Below the pieces are notes generated by a model. That model saw nothing but the letters and a program-made list of their open reading frames with translations. It did no database searches and was not told where the DNA came from. A stretch of 64,000 nucleotides of DNA from Schmidtea nova (Eukaryota). Below are positions 12,300-24,399 of this stretch, piece by piece. The stretch is from positions 282,162,001 through 282,226,000 of the forward strand of contig CM097882.1 of the NCBI GenBank assembly GCA_044892505.1, in the 5' to 3' direction. Both the position numbers and the translations under genes were made by a program. Every line of letters starts with the position of its first letter. Position 1 is the first letter of the stretch.

Positions 12300-12900
12300 T
12301 TTTTAATTAACATTTTGATTTGTTTTTTTATTATTTTTATTTATCTCAAATGATGGGCCTATAAAATGATTTGAATGGTTTGAGGTAGAAGCTTTTGGTG
12401 GTTTTTCGGGACCTCAGTTTTCCTGTTCGTGTTGTTGTAGCTTTAGTTAGCTTGGGAGAATTGACTGTATGGTGGTCTAGTGAGAATATTTAGCGCCTAA
12501 TCAGATGGGGAATCGCTAATTGAATGGACCTTAAAAAGTTAAAGAAATCTTGTGCGTATAACCTTCTATCGGCAACGGGAACCCGAGAGAATTCAATGAA
12601 TAGTTTTGGCAACAAAGCTCATCTGCTCATTGGATTTATTAGCATCAATTACCAGAGTAACTATGGATACACAAGTTATGTAGTTTAACATTTTCATGAT
12701 GGTGTGCAGGCTATGGTAACAATAGGGACAATGATTTTTAACAATTCATACACCAACATTATGCACTTTCAATTAGAGTTGATTCATATAAAAATATGGC
12801 GGATATTTATAGATAAATAACAATGTTCAACATACCCAATGCGAGGTATAAATAAATCCTTGCTAAACAACTGTAGTCACTGAATGAATAATACAAACTC
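12300..12900 (+). mobile_element. Highly degraded Gypsy integrase-like repeat, copy 2
   Basis: Inverted homology to 10790-11000; boundaries approximate. Confidence 0.4.
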
Positions 12901-13274
12901 AAATTATACAAATTTAAATTAACTACTTGAAATTTTTTAAATAGAGCGGTTCTTACGTTTTATGTTAAATAACTTCCGACAAACTTTCTATACAACATTG
13001 ATTTTAATTAAAAAGGGTTCATGATAAAAACATTGCTTTACATAAATATAAAAATTTAAGTTTTCATTCTCTCATTAAACTCCGGAGAATTTGATTTCAT
13101 CAAAATTAATTTGTTTTATTAAATCATTTGCATTTCAATACTCGGTAAAATATTACGCATAAAATTCAATAGCAAAAGTAATGATATTATTATCTATTTA
13201 TTTTAGTTAATATTTAAATTTTAAATTTTCCAAAACTAATTCACACGAAACTAATAAATTTGAAAATAATTTAG

Positions 13275-14700
13275 ATCGAAAAAGACATGCTTAATTAATC
13301 ATCTAAAAATTCATGTCAAGAGAAAATTCAATACATCAAACAGGAAAGAAAACTCCATGAATTATCCAACCCAACAGATGTATCCAATTGGTCAGTCGAA
13401 TCAGATCTCGAATAAGTCTGTTGAATATTTAAAACAACCAATCCAGTCATCATTCATAAGTGAAGAAGAAGCTTTCCAAAACTCGAATTTAATAGCAAGT
13501 AATTACCAATCAATCCCACAAACAAATGATTCTCAATTTCTTCCAATTTTCGATGGGAATTATCCAGCATATTTGCCTCAAAATCTCAATGGACAAATCA
13601 ATACTCCACTCTATCCAATGCCGAATATCAATCCCATTCCGAATGCTAACAATGCAATTAACTACCAATTCAATTACACAACTAATGAAACCGGGCCGGA
13701 TGGATATTACATAGGATTACAGAATTCTAATTTCATTAACAATTCCGATTATTACCGAACAATGGTCAACATGAATCATTTGCATTCATTTTTACCGCAA
13801 ATGAATTACCAATCCAACCAAATAGCCGTTTTAAACAACATCCAAGTCAATTCAATTGAACCAACGAATTATCTCAACAGCAATTACATCAATGTCAGTT
13901 CAAATAATATTGAATCGGTTAAGGCCGCAGCCGCCGCATCAAACGAAATGAATCAAATCATTCAAAAGCGAATTGTTCATTATCAAGACAAAAGCGTTTC
14001 ATATAAATCTCAGGAAAATTACCGAAAAACTTTCAAATCAACTCGAAATAAGACGAAATCAATTTCATTGATAAAAACAAATCCCGTAAATTCATTCGAA
14101 AACAGCAATAGAAACAAATCATCGACAATGATGCATCGAACGACAAATCAACCAATCAACAACGAGTCGTCAGAATCGAATATTTCCAATGGACAAAGCA
14201 TTGATTTGCTTGTAACGAATCTTGATTATAATATCAGTGCGAAAGAATGGAGAAAATTGTTGCTTAATCAATTTCAAAATGCAATTAAACGAGTTCACAG
14301 TGTTTTGATTCAAACCCAACCCGATGGATCGAACTGTGGTATTGTGAGATTGGCCAGCATGGAAGATGCCAGATTGGCTATTTCTCAGTTTCATCGAAAG
14401 AAAATCGGCTACAAACGAATACAAGTTAATCTTGTGAGTAATAATGCAATTCCCTCACCGAATAATATCAAGCAAGAAGTTGCGACTTTATTGAAATCTG
14501 TAGCCGGATATTCGCTGTCGGTTTATAAATTTATGGAACTTTATGAAAAAAAATACCACAGAAGCATATGCATTTCGGATTTTTATAGGATGAAAGATTT
14601 TGTGGAAATCAAGGACGTCGGAGGAAATCAAAACTGGAAGATTATCAGCTTGACAAATACTGCAATCAATTCGATTACGCAAGCAATAAATCCATCAGAA
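13275..14700 (+). CDS. MARF1: MARF1/Limkain-b1-like, first visible exon: N/Q-rich region, RRM and LOTUS repeat 1
   Basis: DLLVTNLDYNISAKEW...AISQFHRKKIGYKRIQV resembles MARF1 RRM2; IKQEVATLLKS...KFMELYEKKY is an OST-HTH start; donor GAA|GTATGT at 14700/14701. Frame stays open upstream of ATG 13357 to a candidate acceptor TTTAG at 13274. Confidence 0.88.
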
Positions 14701-14989
14701 GTATGTTGATTGCAATAAAAGTTTTAAGTTTTTTTATCAATACGGGGAATCAGCGCAATAATAAGGCCGTTTGGCGTCCACAGCAAGAGACACATTTTCA
14801 ACATCACCGAAATATCAAAAACATTATGCACGAACAAGCATAAAACATAAGCAGTTAACAAATTAACACTTAAAAGATTCAGTCGCAAAATTTATTATTT
14901 TAATGAAAAAATTTGATCCATTGTCTTAAAAAATGAAAATTGAAGAAAATAAAAGATCTAAAGTGATCAAATTTAAAGATGTTAATAAT

Positions 14990-15420
14990 AGTAGTCAAGA
15001 CTGGCGTCAATATTGTTGGTGTATGGGTTGTTATATTTTATTGTCACTAAGGTTACTTTAACCATTACACCTTCATGAAATACAACTAACCTCATGTTCC
15101 CATAACTACTCTCCGATAATTATGTTGGTGATGTACACAGTGGTACAAGAGCCAGTGATCAAGTGAGTTTCACGGCTAAATCTAATCATTGCATTGCCCT
15201 TTCGGGTTTCTAACTGTCGGTAAAAGGTCCTACGCTCATCATTACTTTGTTTTTCAAATTTCCACTTTGTTATCGTTTCATATCTTTCCAGAACAACATA
15301 TAATACTATCTAGTCATTTATTTGCATTACACATCCATTATATTTTCATCTACTCCCATTTATCTTCGGAACATTTAAACAGTATGCCGTTTGAAATTTC
15401 GGATTCGATTTGAATTTTTC
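14990..15420 (-). mobile_element. Highly degraded Gypsy integrase-like repeat, copy 3
   Basis: Aligns with 10830-11030; broken-frame remnants resembling the integrase HHCC and VGP motifs. Confidence 0.4.
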
Positions 15421-16406
15421 TGTTTATTTATTGGTTTCAAAGTTTTTCACAGAGATCTATTTCTTGTTAAAAATCTATTTTAGGTTTTTATTTTATTTCC
15501 CATCCGATTAGACGCAAATTATGTCCACCGGGATCTCAGATGTGAGAGAATTTACACCGGACTTTGTTTCAAATACATCTGTTATTAAAAATAAAGCCAC
15601 TGGATGAATATTTATTTTGACAACTTTTTATTTCAAAATACCTAAAAATCAAAAAAGTACGATCACTTAAAGCAAATCAAAAGCTAGAAACTTGTTCACA
15701 ACGAGAGACAATTGATTTTTTGAGTAAAAAATCAAAAATGCAAGAGGTTTTGTACACAAACTATTAAAAAGTACAAATAACAAAAAGCACTCACATTAAA
15801 ATGCACACACGTTCAGAGAGATTTATTTTCTCTTTTCTTTTATGACAAAAAGGTATACACACACTAGCTAACAAATCATACACACTCAGATAAAGAAATA
15901 GTTCTCAATCTAAGTTACAGCGAAACAATGTATATTATAAGAAGTTTAAAAACTATTTAATATTTTTTAATATAAATATTTTATTGTATTTTTGAGGACG
16001 ATTAGTCGTATAAATATCTAAGCAGTTACATACAGTCATTACGTAATATATTCAATCAAATAATCCTTTGCACATATCAAATTAATTCATCAAATGCTCA
16101 TCAATTATTATAGGGAGATGTAATAAAAATTCATCACATAATAGTTTTCCTGTTGCATGCATATATATTGTATTTTAATTTAGCACAGCTACGTTTTACA
16201 AATCTTTCATTAACATAATATTTATTACTTGTTGTAACATGAGAAAAGTCACGTGATGTACTGACAAAATTTAATTTTATATTTCCCAGATCTGGAAAAT
16301 TCAATAAAAAATATCTTATGATTTATCTTAAAAATAATATAATACTAAAGTTAGGAAGCACATACAACAGTGATTATATAATTTGAATAAGTTGAAAATT
16401 ATGATA

Positions 16407-16659
16407 CACTTAGCCCTCGATTTACACGGTAGATTGGTTCCTCAAAAATGCCGTGTAAATCGAAATCGTATAAATTGAAACCGTATAATTAGTAATTAAA
16501 TATGTATTTTATTGAAAAAATATGTGTTGAATCTAAAGTAAAAGAATCCATATTACAAATTTCTTTTTAAAAAAAAATAATATATTTTGATATTATATGC
16601 GGAATTTTTCCGCATTTCAATCGTGTTAAACCGAAACCGTGTAAATCGAGGGCTAAATT
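16407..16659. mobile_element. pogo/Tigger-type MITE
   Basis: TIR core TTAGCCCTCGATTTACACGGT / ACCGTGTAAATCGAGGGCTAA, TA flanks, no ORF. Confidence 0.8.
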
Positions 16660-16836
16660 TACTCATAAAATGATAATAAATTTAGTGTAAATATTTGAAA
16701 AAAAATTTACTTATGTAGATGGAGCACACTTTATATGTGTAGTTAATTTCCATCAATGAATTTTTAAGTTTATTAAATACTTCATTTATAAATAAAAATT
16801 AATGCATTACACGAACAAAGTTTGCAGTTATTTATG

Positions 16837-17132
16837 TAAAAATATTTAATGTATCATCAATAATTTAAACTGACCCTTTCAAAGTATTGACGAAATACAA
16901 ATTCTATTAGTTTCCATGCTGCTAAGTAGTAGATGCATATAAAAGTGGACACAGGTCTTCAATGTATACCCTTGTCGAAAAATATAAAAATATTTAATGT
17001 ATCATCAATAATTTAAACTGACCCTTTCAAAGTATTGACGAAATACAAATTCTATTAGTTTCCATGCTGCTAAGTAGTAGATGCATATAAAAGTGGACAC
17101 AGGTCTTCAATGTATACCCTTGTCGAAAAATA
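16837..17132. repeat. Tandem duplication, unit about 148 bp, two near-identical copies
   Basis: TAAAAATATTTAATGTATCATC...CCCTTGTCGAAAAATAT at about 16837 and 16985. Confidence 0.9.
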
Positions 17133-17294
17133 TATTAAATCCCCCAAAAGTTTTTATTGAAATGAAACTTGAAGGTCAACTAACTGATATCTCTTCATTT
17201 AATCTTATTGAAACCCTTTATTAATTAAATGAATAACTTCACCTGTTAACTGAAATATGTAAATGCGTCGTATTTGATGGTTTTTATTAATAAA

Positions 17295-17533
17295 ACTAGC
17301 GTTATCCCGTCAAAAATGACGAACGCTTTCAAAATTTATATAAACCAAAAATTTAATTCAAAAGTTCTCAATAATATTTTTGGTGAATGCTATTGAGTCA
17401 TCAAAACAATCATAGTCAAACGCACGTGTAAGAATTTGCAAGTTTTCCGATTTAAAAATCGGCCAATCAGGGCACTTTAAAAGCGTTACACCCGGACAGA
17501 CATACATTATTACATAGCAAATTATATTATGTA
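17295..17533 (+). mobile_element. Possible non-autonomous Helitron-derived (Lep1/HINE-like) element
   Basis: 5' ACTAGCGTTATCCCGTC...GACG and 3' GACAGACATAC...TTATATTAT resemble the end structure of such elements; resemblance only. Confidence 0.35.
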
Positions 17534-17780
17534 ATTAAACATTAGAAATCCTGTAATTTAGTACTAATGAAGATAAAATGGTTCAGATAAATAACTTTGT
17601 TGATTGCTTTCATAACTTGAATTTGTGTTATTCGGTAATGAGTATTCTTTCCTATTTATTTTATCTTTAAGTTATGAATAATGATCTTGACAATGACATT
17701 TTAAAATTCACTTATTTCCAAAGAAAACAAGGGCATATTTGCAATTTTATCATATATACAAAATCAAATAAAAGCAACAA

Positions 17781-18711
17781 ACGTGGAAAGGCTCGTGTTT
17801 AAAGACTCGTATAGAAATAATAAAGCTCGAACAAAGTTCTTTATATTTAAAACAAAATACAAATAAAGGTTATAAATCTATAATTTGTTTTAATGTATTA
17901 ATATTTATTTTCAGTCATTCGACGATTTTTAAAAAAAAGTTTGAAGGAATAGAATTTAAAAGAGTAATTTGGTTTTTACTTTTAAAGGTAGAAAAGAAAG
18001 AAATTATTCAACAGATTGAAGAAGCATATGGAGAAGAGACTCTTTTAAGAGCAACAATATATGACTGGATTCGGGAGTTTTTTTCCAGCAGAACAAGTGT
18101 TTATGACAATGAAAGAAGTGAAAGACCTGGAGAGATTGATGGAGAAAATATTGTAACGTTGAAGAAAATTGTGTCTGAGAATAAGGAAATCATGCAAATG
18201 CAGTCGTCTGTAAAACTAAACTTTTGCAAGAGAACAATACAGCTTTTGTTGAATCAATTAGGAATCAAGAAATCGTTAATTTAACACAAGCCACGAAACC
18301 AGGACCTTTATTTGCTCCATGAAAATGCTACAATATACACATCATATCCAAAGTGGGAAGCAGTAGCAAAATGTGAGTTTATTCAGTTGAATCATCTACC
18401 ATACAGTCCAGATCTTGCACCTAGTGATTTTTGGTTGTTCAAATCATCTGAAGAAAGATTTGAAAAGTAAAATATTTAAATCAACATATGATTTGAAGTA
18501 AAATTTTGGAGAAATTTCTTGCAGAGGACAATAATTCTTCGAAATGGCTTTCAAATCAATGATAGACCGTTGGAAAAAGTGCATCAGTGTTAATGAAAAT
18601 TATGCTGAGAAATATATGCTACATATCTGTCTTGTTGATAATAATAAATTTGGTTCCACTAACTTTGTTATTATTTCTATGCCGCTCCTAGGACTTTTTA
18701 GCCTTACCACG
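17781..18711 (+). mobile_element. Degraded mariner element
   Basis: Manual translation IEEAYGEETLLRATIYDWIREF...ERSERPG and LLHENA...HLPYSPDLAPSDFWLF; right TIR ACTTTTTAGCCTTACCACGTA, degenerate left TIR ACGTGGAAAGGCT. Confidence 0.8.
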
Positions 18712-19905
18712 TATGAATTATAATTATATTTATACAGATTCGAGCACAATAGATTTAAAATGTGTAGAATTTAGAAATAAATGGTTATTCTGTAATTCAC
18801 GTTTATGCTGCCATTTGTAAGTGTTGGAAATTCGTGTGCCAATAAAATTTTTTTTTTTTTATAAAATGTTTATTTATTTAAAGTCTTTAAAATTGAAAAT
18901 TTCTGAAATAAAACATTTCAAACTTTTCTTAAACAGAATTTGACATCATTTAAGTAAATAAAATTCCCATATTACCTTCAAGAATCTTTTGCAAAGCTTG
19001 CAATGAAGAAGAGCTTCTAAGAGTTTTCATTACAGAACTAGCGTATCTTAGCAATGCTAATCATGGTTTTGTATGTATGGTTTAGTAATTTTGAAAATAT
19101 TTGAAATTTATAGAGGTTACTTCACTCAGTACTGAATTTCTTAGAAAGATAAAATCGCAAAAGCAAAGTTTGATGAAATAGCAGCCATTTTCTACAGTTG
19201 AGACAAAATAAAAGAGAAAATGAAAGCTGCTAATAATAAAAAAATGTAAAAAATCTTTTAAACCTTTCCAAAGGGGTTTCTTTTAAAAAAAGTAAAAGTT
19301 CGAAAACTTTCAAAATTCTTTTATATTTTATTAATTATAAGTTCAGCACTTATTTATTGTTATTCAAACAACTTATTTTTTAAAATCCAGTAAAGTAATA
19401 TTTATGGGATTTCTTTACTTTTACTTTATCAATAACCTGATGATATTTGGTATCAAAATAAAGATCTAATTGAGGTCTTTTAAAAAGGTTAAAGAAAGTC
19501 GAAAATCTTCAATTCGTTGCGAATTAACCTAAAACTGAAATTTAAACTACACCTACCGATATTTTGCATATATACTAAAAGGCTGTTCACGTTATATAGC
19601 AATAGAATGCATAATATTATCTGGAAAAAACGAAAAGAAAAATGAAATATATGTTGTAAAATTAAATACCTGTATATTAAAGGAAAGTCATAAAAAAGTT
19701 GAGGAAAAGCGAAAACATTGAATTTTAAAATTTGGATCAAAGTATTAAAAGTGGTCATTTGTCCGCTCTGGCATGTTTAGTGCTAAATAGGTTAAGGCAA
19801 GAACTTATGAACTTATGAAAAACTTCAACTCCTTTATTGGCATTTATAAAGTGTATCATAAATTTGTTTAAAATATATTAATAAAAGTTTATTGTTTTTA
19901 CTCAG

Positions 19906-20218
19906 TTAGGTGAAGCCATGGAGTCATTAGTTTGTGTTCAACATTGCAAGGAAGGGACAGAAGATTACATCACAGCTCTCGAATCAGCTATTCTACCGAA
20001 TGTCGAGATATCATTGAAATTATTCAAGGAACAAGTTCATAAAATCTTACAATCTCATAAAGGATCTGTTCATTTAATAAGTTTTTTGTCTTGTTACAAA
20101 AGTGAATTTCATGATATCAAAATCATGAAAATTCAAATTGCTACAAACGCATCTGATCAATTGGAGTCAGAATTATTGAATAACATCCGTGAATCGGAAG
20201 AAAATACGCAACCAGCTG
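19906..20218 (+). CDS. MARF1: MARF1-like exon (LOTUS repeat 2, first part)
   Basis: Acceptor CTCAG|TTA in phase 0 with the previous exon; LPNVEISLKLFKEQVHKILQSHKG...SFLSCYKSEF; donor G|GTAAGG. Confidence 0.88.
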
Positions 20219-20258
20219 GTAAGGTTTTTTTTAGCAAGTAATTTAAAAATTTTCTAAG

Positions 20259-20372
20259 ATAATGGATCTTTAGAAGGAGTTCCGTTAGAGCATTTGCTTA
20301 ATTGCATTCAGGGAATTAAAATAGTAAATTCTCAATCTGGGATCAAGAAAGTTCAATGGGATGAAAAAGCAG
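20259..20372 (+). CDS. MARF1: MARF1-like exon (GVPLEHLLNCIQGIKI...GIKKVQW)
   Basis: Manual splicing across a 40-nt intron (phase 1) gives the conserved MARF1 GVPLEHL..C..G motif; donor GCAG|GTCAGT. Confidence 0.88.
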
Positions 20373-21181
20373 GTCAGTTAAGCTTTAAACGTTTTTAATA
20401 ACTGAAATCGCAAATTATATATAATTTATATTTTTGGCACAGCTTGAAAAAGGTTTGTACCGAAAATTCAAGTGACTTTTAAAACACTTGATCTAATCTT
20501 TATAAAAAAATGAAAACTTCTGAATAAGAAAGGGAAAGGTCAAAGGTGAAAATAAGAGATGTTAATGATAGAATAATTTTTTTTTAATTTAAGGAAATTC
20601 AAAAATCAATAAATAAAAGTTTTTATTTGGTTATTAAGTACACGATATTTTGGCACATCCTTTAGCAAGCGTGTATTTTTGAAATACATATTTGACAGAG
20701 GCTGTGCTAAAAATATTTTGTACCTATAGTCTTACAAAAATTAATATGAAAATTATTGAATCGAAAATAATAATTTAATTATTAATTATAATTTTAGCTA
20801 CTGAAATAAAACACAATAAAACTAAAAAATAAGTAAACATTTATTCAAATTCCAATGTCGTTGTTGCTTCGAATTATTGATTTTTGGATTGTTGTTTTCT
20901 AGCTTGCTGCTTGGTTTTTGAAAAGGTGAAAAAAGTCCGTTTTTTGGTTATTTANNNNNNNNNNNNNNNNNNNNNNNNNNNNNNNNNNNNNNNNNNNNNN
21001 NNNNNNNNNNNNNNNNNNNNNNNNNNNNNNNNNNNNNNNNNNNNNNNNNNNNNNNNNNNNNNNNNNNNNNNNNNNNNNNNNNNNNNNNNNNNNNNNNNNN
21101 NNNNNNNNNNNNNNNNNNNNNNNNNNNNNNNNNNNNNNTATAAAAATATGATATTAATATATAAATAACGGAGGCACTACA

Positions 21182-23083
21182 ATAGCCCCCGCCGAAGTAC
21201 GCGGAGAGTATGGGAAATACAAAACCGGACTCAAGGATCGGAGTAAAAAAATTTGGGAGGCGAAACTCGATTGTTTTGCACCAGATAGCTCTATATGTGT
21301 ACCGTTCGCGGCTATGGCAGAGGATGAGCAGGGTGTGTCTGCGGTGAAGGTGGTGGGTAGGATTGAATATGACGAGTCTGTATCTGCGAGGAATGTTATT
21401 GTGCGCTGTTTGGGTTGACCGTATTCTTCGAACAGTTGGGCGTTGATGGTGAAATTTCCGGGAATTCTGTTTAAAAGTGGTGTAGTTAGTGTTGCCTTAT
21501 TTATGGTGGTGGTGGTAGTTGGTGACAGTGGAGACGGAGATGTGGTTTGTGGCGGCTGTGCTAGAATGTGTGTGTAGTCTGTGCGGGTTTCGTCGTCGGA
21601 AAAGGTGAGCCGTGCTTCTGGTATTGTTAGTGGTGTATCTGATGGAATTGTGAATGTTGCTGCTGGTAGTGATGTGGGTGGTGCTCTGTGTGGTGTGTCG
21701 GGTAATGTTGTTGGTGTTGTTTGTAGTGTTGCGCAAGGTGTGCTGGTTGGTTCTTGTTCTGGTGTTGGTGCTTGTATTGCTATTGGTGGTGGTGTCGTGT
21801 GAGAAAATAGTACTGTGGAGAGAGTAACGGTTGTTTCTGTGATGGTGCTTGCTGGCGGAGTTGATATTGTGTACGTTGGACGTGGTTTGCTGTGAGAAAA
21901 GGTGTTCACTGGCAGGAAGTCATCAGAGCGTCCAAGAATATCCGATGACTCGATTAGTTTTTTGCGTGGTGGTGACTGCTCGTGTGCCATGTACATCCTT
22001 CGATGCACGATTAGGCTTCGTTCTTGAACAGGTGGTAGTGGATACAGATTGGAATGACTGGGTTATGAGGATTGTGGAATTCGGAAGCGCAACCAATGCA
22101 GCATTTCTGTGCATGTTCTTTGAATCGGTTGGGGAAATAGCAAATTAGTGGTGCGTTGCTACTGGGTTGTACGTTTTGTGTGCGTGTTACAGGTGGACAA
22201 TTGGGACGTTGTGCTTGCTGTAATGGAGGTGTATGGTTGGAATATTTTGCGACGTTGCGGGCGTAGTGATTTTCGGATGAATGTGTTGCGTTGACAATGG
22301 GAGATGGCGGTGGTGGTGTGTAATTATCAGCGCGCGGTTTATGGGGTTGAAGTGCATAAATGCGATCAGCTATTTTAGCAAGATGGTACGGGTCTTCAGA
22401 GTCTACCAATGCAGAGGGATGTTTGTAGATGATATGGAAGTGCGGAGAGGAATTGGTGTTTTAAGAGTACAGTGTTTTTGGACAGATCTGGAATAGCGGT
22501 GTCGTTGGAGCGGGCAATCTGTGCTAGGAACAGGCTTGGTTGTTGTCCTGCGTAATTTTGTGGTGCCAAAAGCTTTGTGAGAGCTTGGGTTTTTGATGAG
22601 GTGTATTTTGACACTATCAATGATTTGAGATCATCGTACGGGTTGTCTGCCTAAAGCGCGTCGGCTATTTTCTGGGTAAGCTCGGCTATCAGCTCAGATG
22701 GTATGCTGTTGAGTAGGTAATCAGCGCGTGATTTCGGATAGAAAGACGTGCGCGATTCAAAAATGCGGGACCACGACGAGGGTGTGCCGTCGGGATCCAA
22801 AAAGAACAAAATTGGCGTGAAGTGGATGAATAAGACGGTTTTGTAGTGAGCCGAACGCCTCCTAAAACGCGGCAAAAATTTCTATGATAGCATTAGGTGG
22901 AATGTCGGTGAGTGATGAAACTGGGAAACCGTGGTACGTCATGTAAAAATCATTCCTATTTATAAGATGAGAGGTGGCGATATCGATGCGCAAATCCGTA
23001 AAAATTGGGATTTGGCGTGTATTGTGGTTAAAGCGCGTTAGGACATATGTTGGGGGAGTGGCGAAAGAATCGTTGTTGTACAT
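21182..23083 (-). pseudogene. CsRn1/Mag-like gag plus aspartic protease, disrupted
   Basis: NPYDDLKSLI, QQPSLFLAQ, LAKIADRIY, ICYF...HAQKC; Thr/Pro-rich linker; FLADTDSSYSILP protease-like site. Clade assignment is inferred from motif resemblance. Confidence 0.75.
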
Positions 23084-23410
23084 GGTGGATTGAGTGGGGT
23101 TACTAGTATAGATTTTAATGGGAGAGTAGAAAAATTGGAGAGTAGAAAAGAGTTTGGATGAATGAAAAACTTTGTAGCGTATAGCATAAAATTTTATAAT
23201 TATGATAAATATTATATATAATATTATGTAATTTAAGTGAAATACGTATAATAAATAATTATTTAATAGTATAAATTTAAAATATGACTCGCCGTGAGGT
23301 TGTTGAAGATTGATTACTGCTGTTTCTGTTTGAATAGATCGGCTTGCTGTACTACTCGAAATATAAGAGACTGGACTATATGATGGTTTTATCTCGTTGC
23401 TTTTTCCAAA

Positions 23411-23797
23411 CTAAACAATTGGGTCGGAATTTCTTTCAATATTTTGACCACGTTTAATTGAGAAATTGTTTTTCATGTTGTTCGGTTGCTCGTCAAATGA
23501 TGAAAACAGTCGATTGAACGATATCGATGATCCAGTTGCTTCGGGCGGTTCAAAGGAGTTCTCATGGCTCTCATTGAAATTATTCTGATGATTAAAAAGT
23601 CTTTTGCTGTTGTAGGAATTGTACATATTAAACTGAGCTTGCTTGAATTTTTGTTGTGGTAATTGATTCATTTGTTGTGGTAACTGATTCGATTGTTCTT
23701 TCGTAACTAGTCCTGTTTGACTGTTATCAGGAGGATTTCTGATACCATTTTTAGCTACTGAAATAAAACACAATAAAACTAAAAAATAAGTAAACAT
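23411..23797 (-). other. 128-aa ORF starting in the 5' LTR and crossing the PBS; hydrophobic N-terminus, N/Q-rich
   Basis: MFTYFLVLLCFISVA-KNGIRN (the NGIR codons are the PBS); two KR pairs. No homology recognised. Confidence 0.3.
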
Positions 23798-23940
23798 TTA
23801 TTCAAATTCCAATGTCGTTGTTGCTTCTAATTATTGATTTTTGGATTGTTGTTTTCTAGCTTGCTACTTGGTTTTTGAAAAGGTGAAAAAAAGTCCTTTT
23901 TTTGGTTATTTAAACAATTGCTTTTTATTTGTATATATAT

Positions 23941-23997
<57 letters not shown>

Positions 23998-24399
23998 ATA
24001 ATATTTAATTGAATTTCTATATATATAAAAATATGATACTAATATATAAATAACGGAGACATTACAATAATAATCAATAAATAATATTTGTGCTTTAAGT
24101 ATATATTTGTTCTCTATATACTCTTATATTCGGTAAATAGTAGCAGCCAACTTGGTGTAGTAACTATTTAGAAACCGTTGAAAACATTAGGCTAGAATCA
24201 GATTTCGAATTTATTTTAAAAAAGTTTTACGGCTACTTTCATTCTTTTTAGAACTTCTGAATATGAAAATAACTTTTTTAAATCAGTACCTTTAATTACA
24301 AAATGCCATTGCAAATTTTGTTTAAAAAATTTCAATTGAATTTAAAAGCTCATTTTTGAAAGACCTTGTCATTGAAATGAAAACAGTGATTTGAGCTGT

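Larger units (their letters stand above)
20793..24066 (-). mobile_element. Internally deleted Ty3/Gypsy LTR element (gag-protease only)
   Basis: Direct-repeat LTRs 23750-24066 and 20793-21181 (latter gapped); TSD ATAAT (20788-20792, 24067-24071); PBS TGGTATCAGA (Met-i type) two nt after the 5' LTR; short GGGGG PPT-like tract before the 3' LTR; no RT/RH/INT seen. Confidence 0.9.

Noticed and set aside
12400-12850. HFHDGVQAMV resembling an RTE-LINE reverse transcriptase motif
   Set aside because: The region aligns with the 10.8 and 15.1 kb repeats, which look more like decayed Gypsy integrase; no other LINE RT motif was convincing.
21154-21802. Thr/Pro-rich mucin-like ORFs on both strands
   Set aside because: Explained as the low-complexity linker upstream of the Gypsy protease; overlapping ORFs are shadows.
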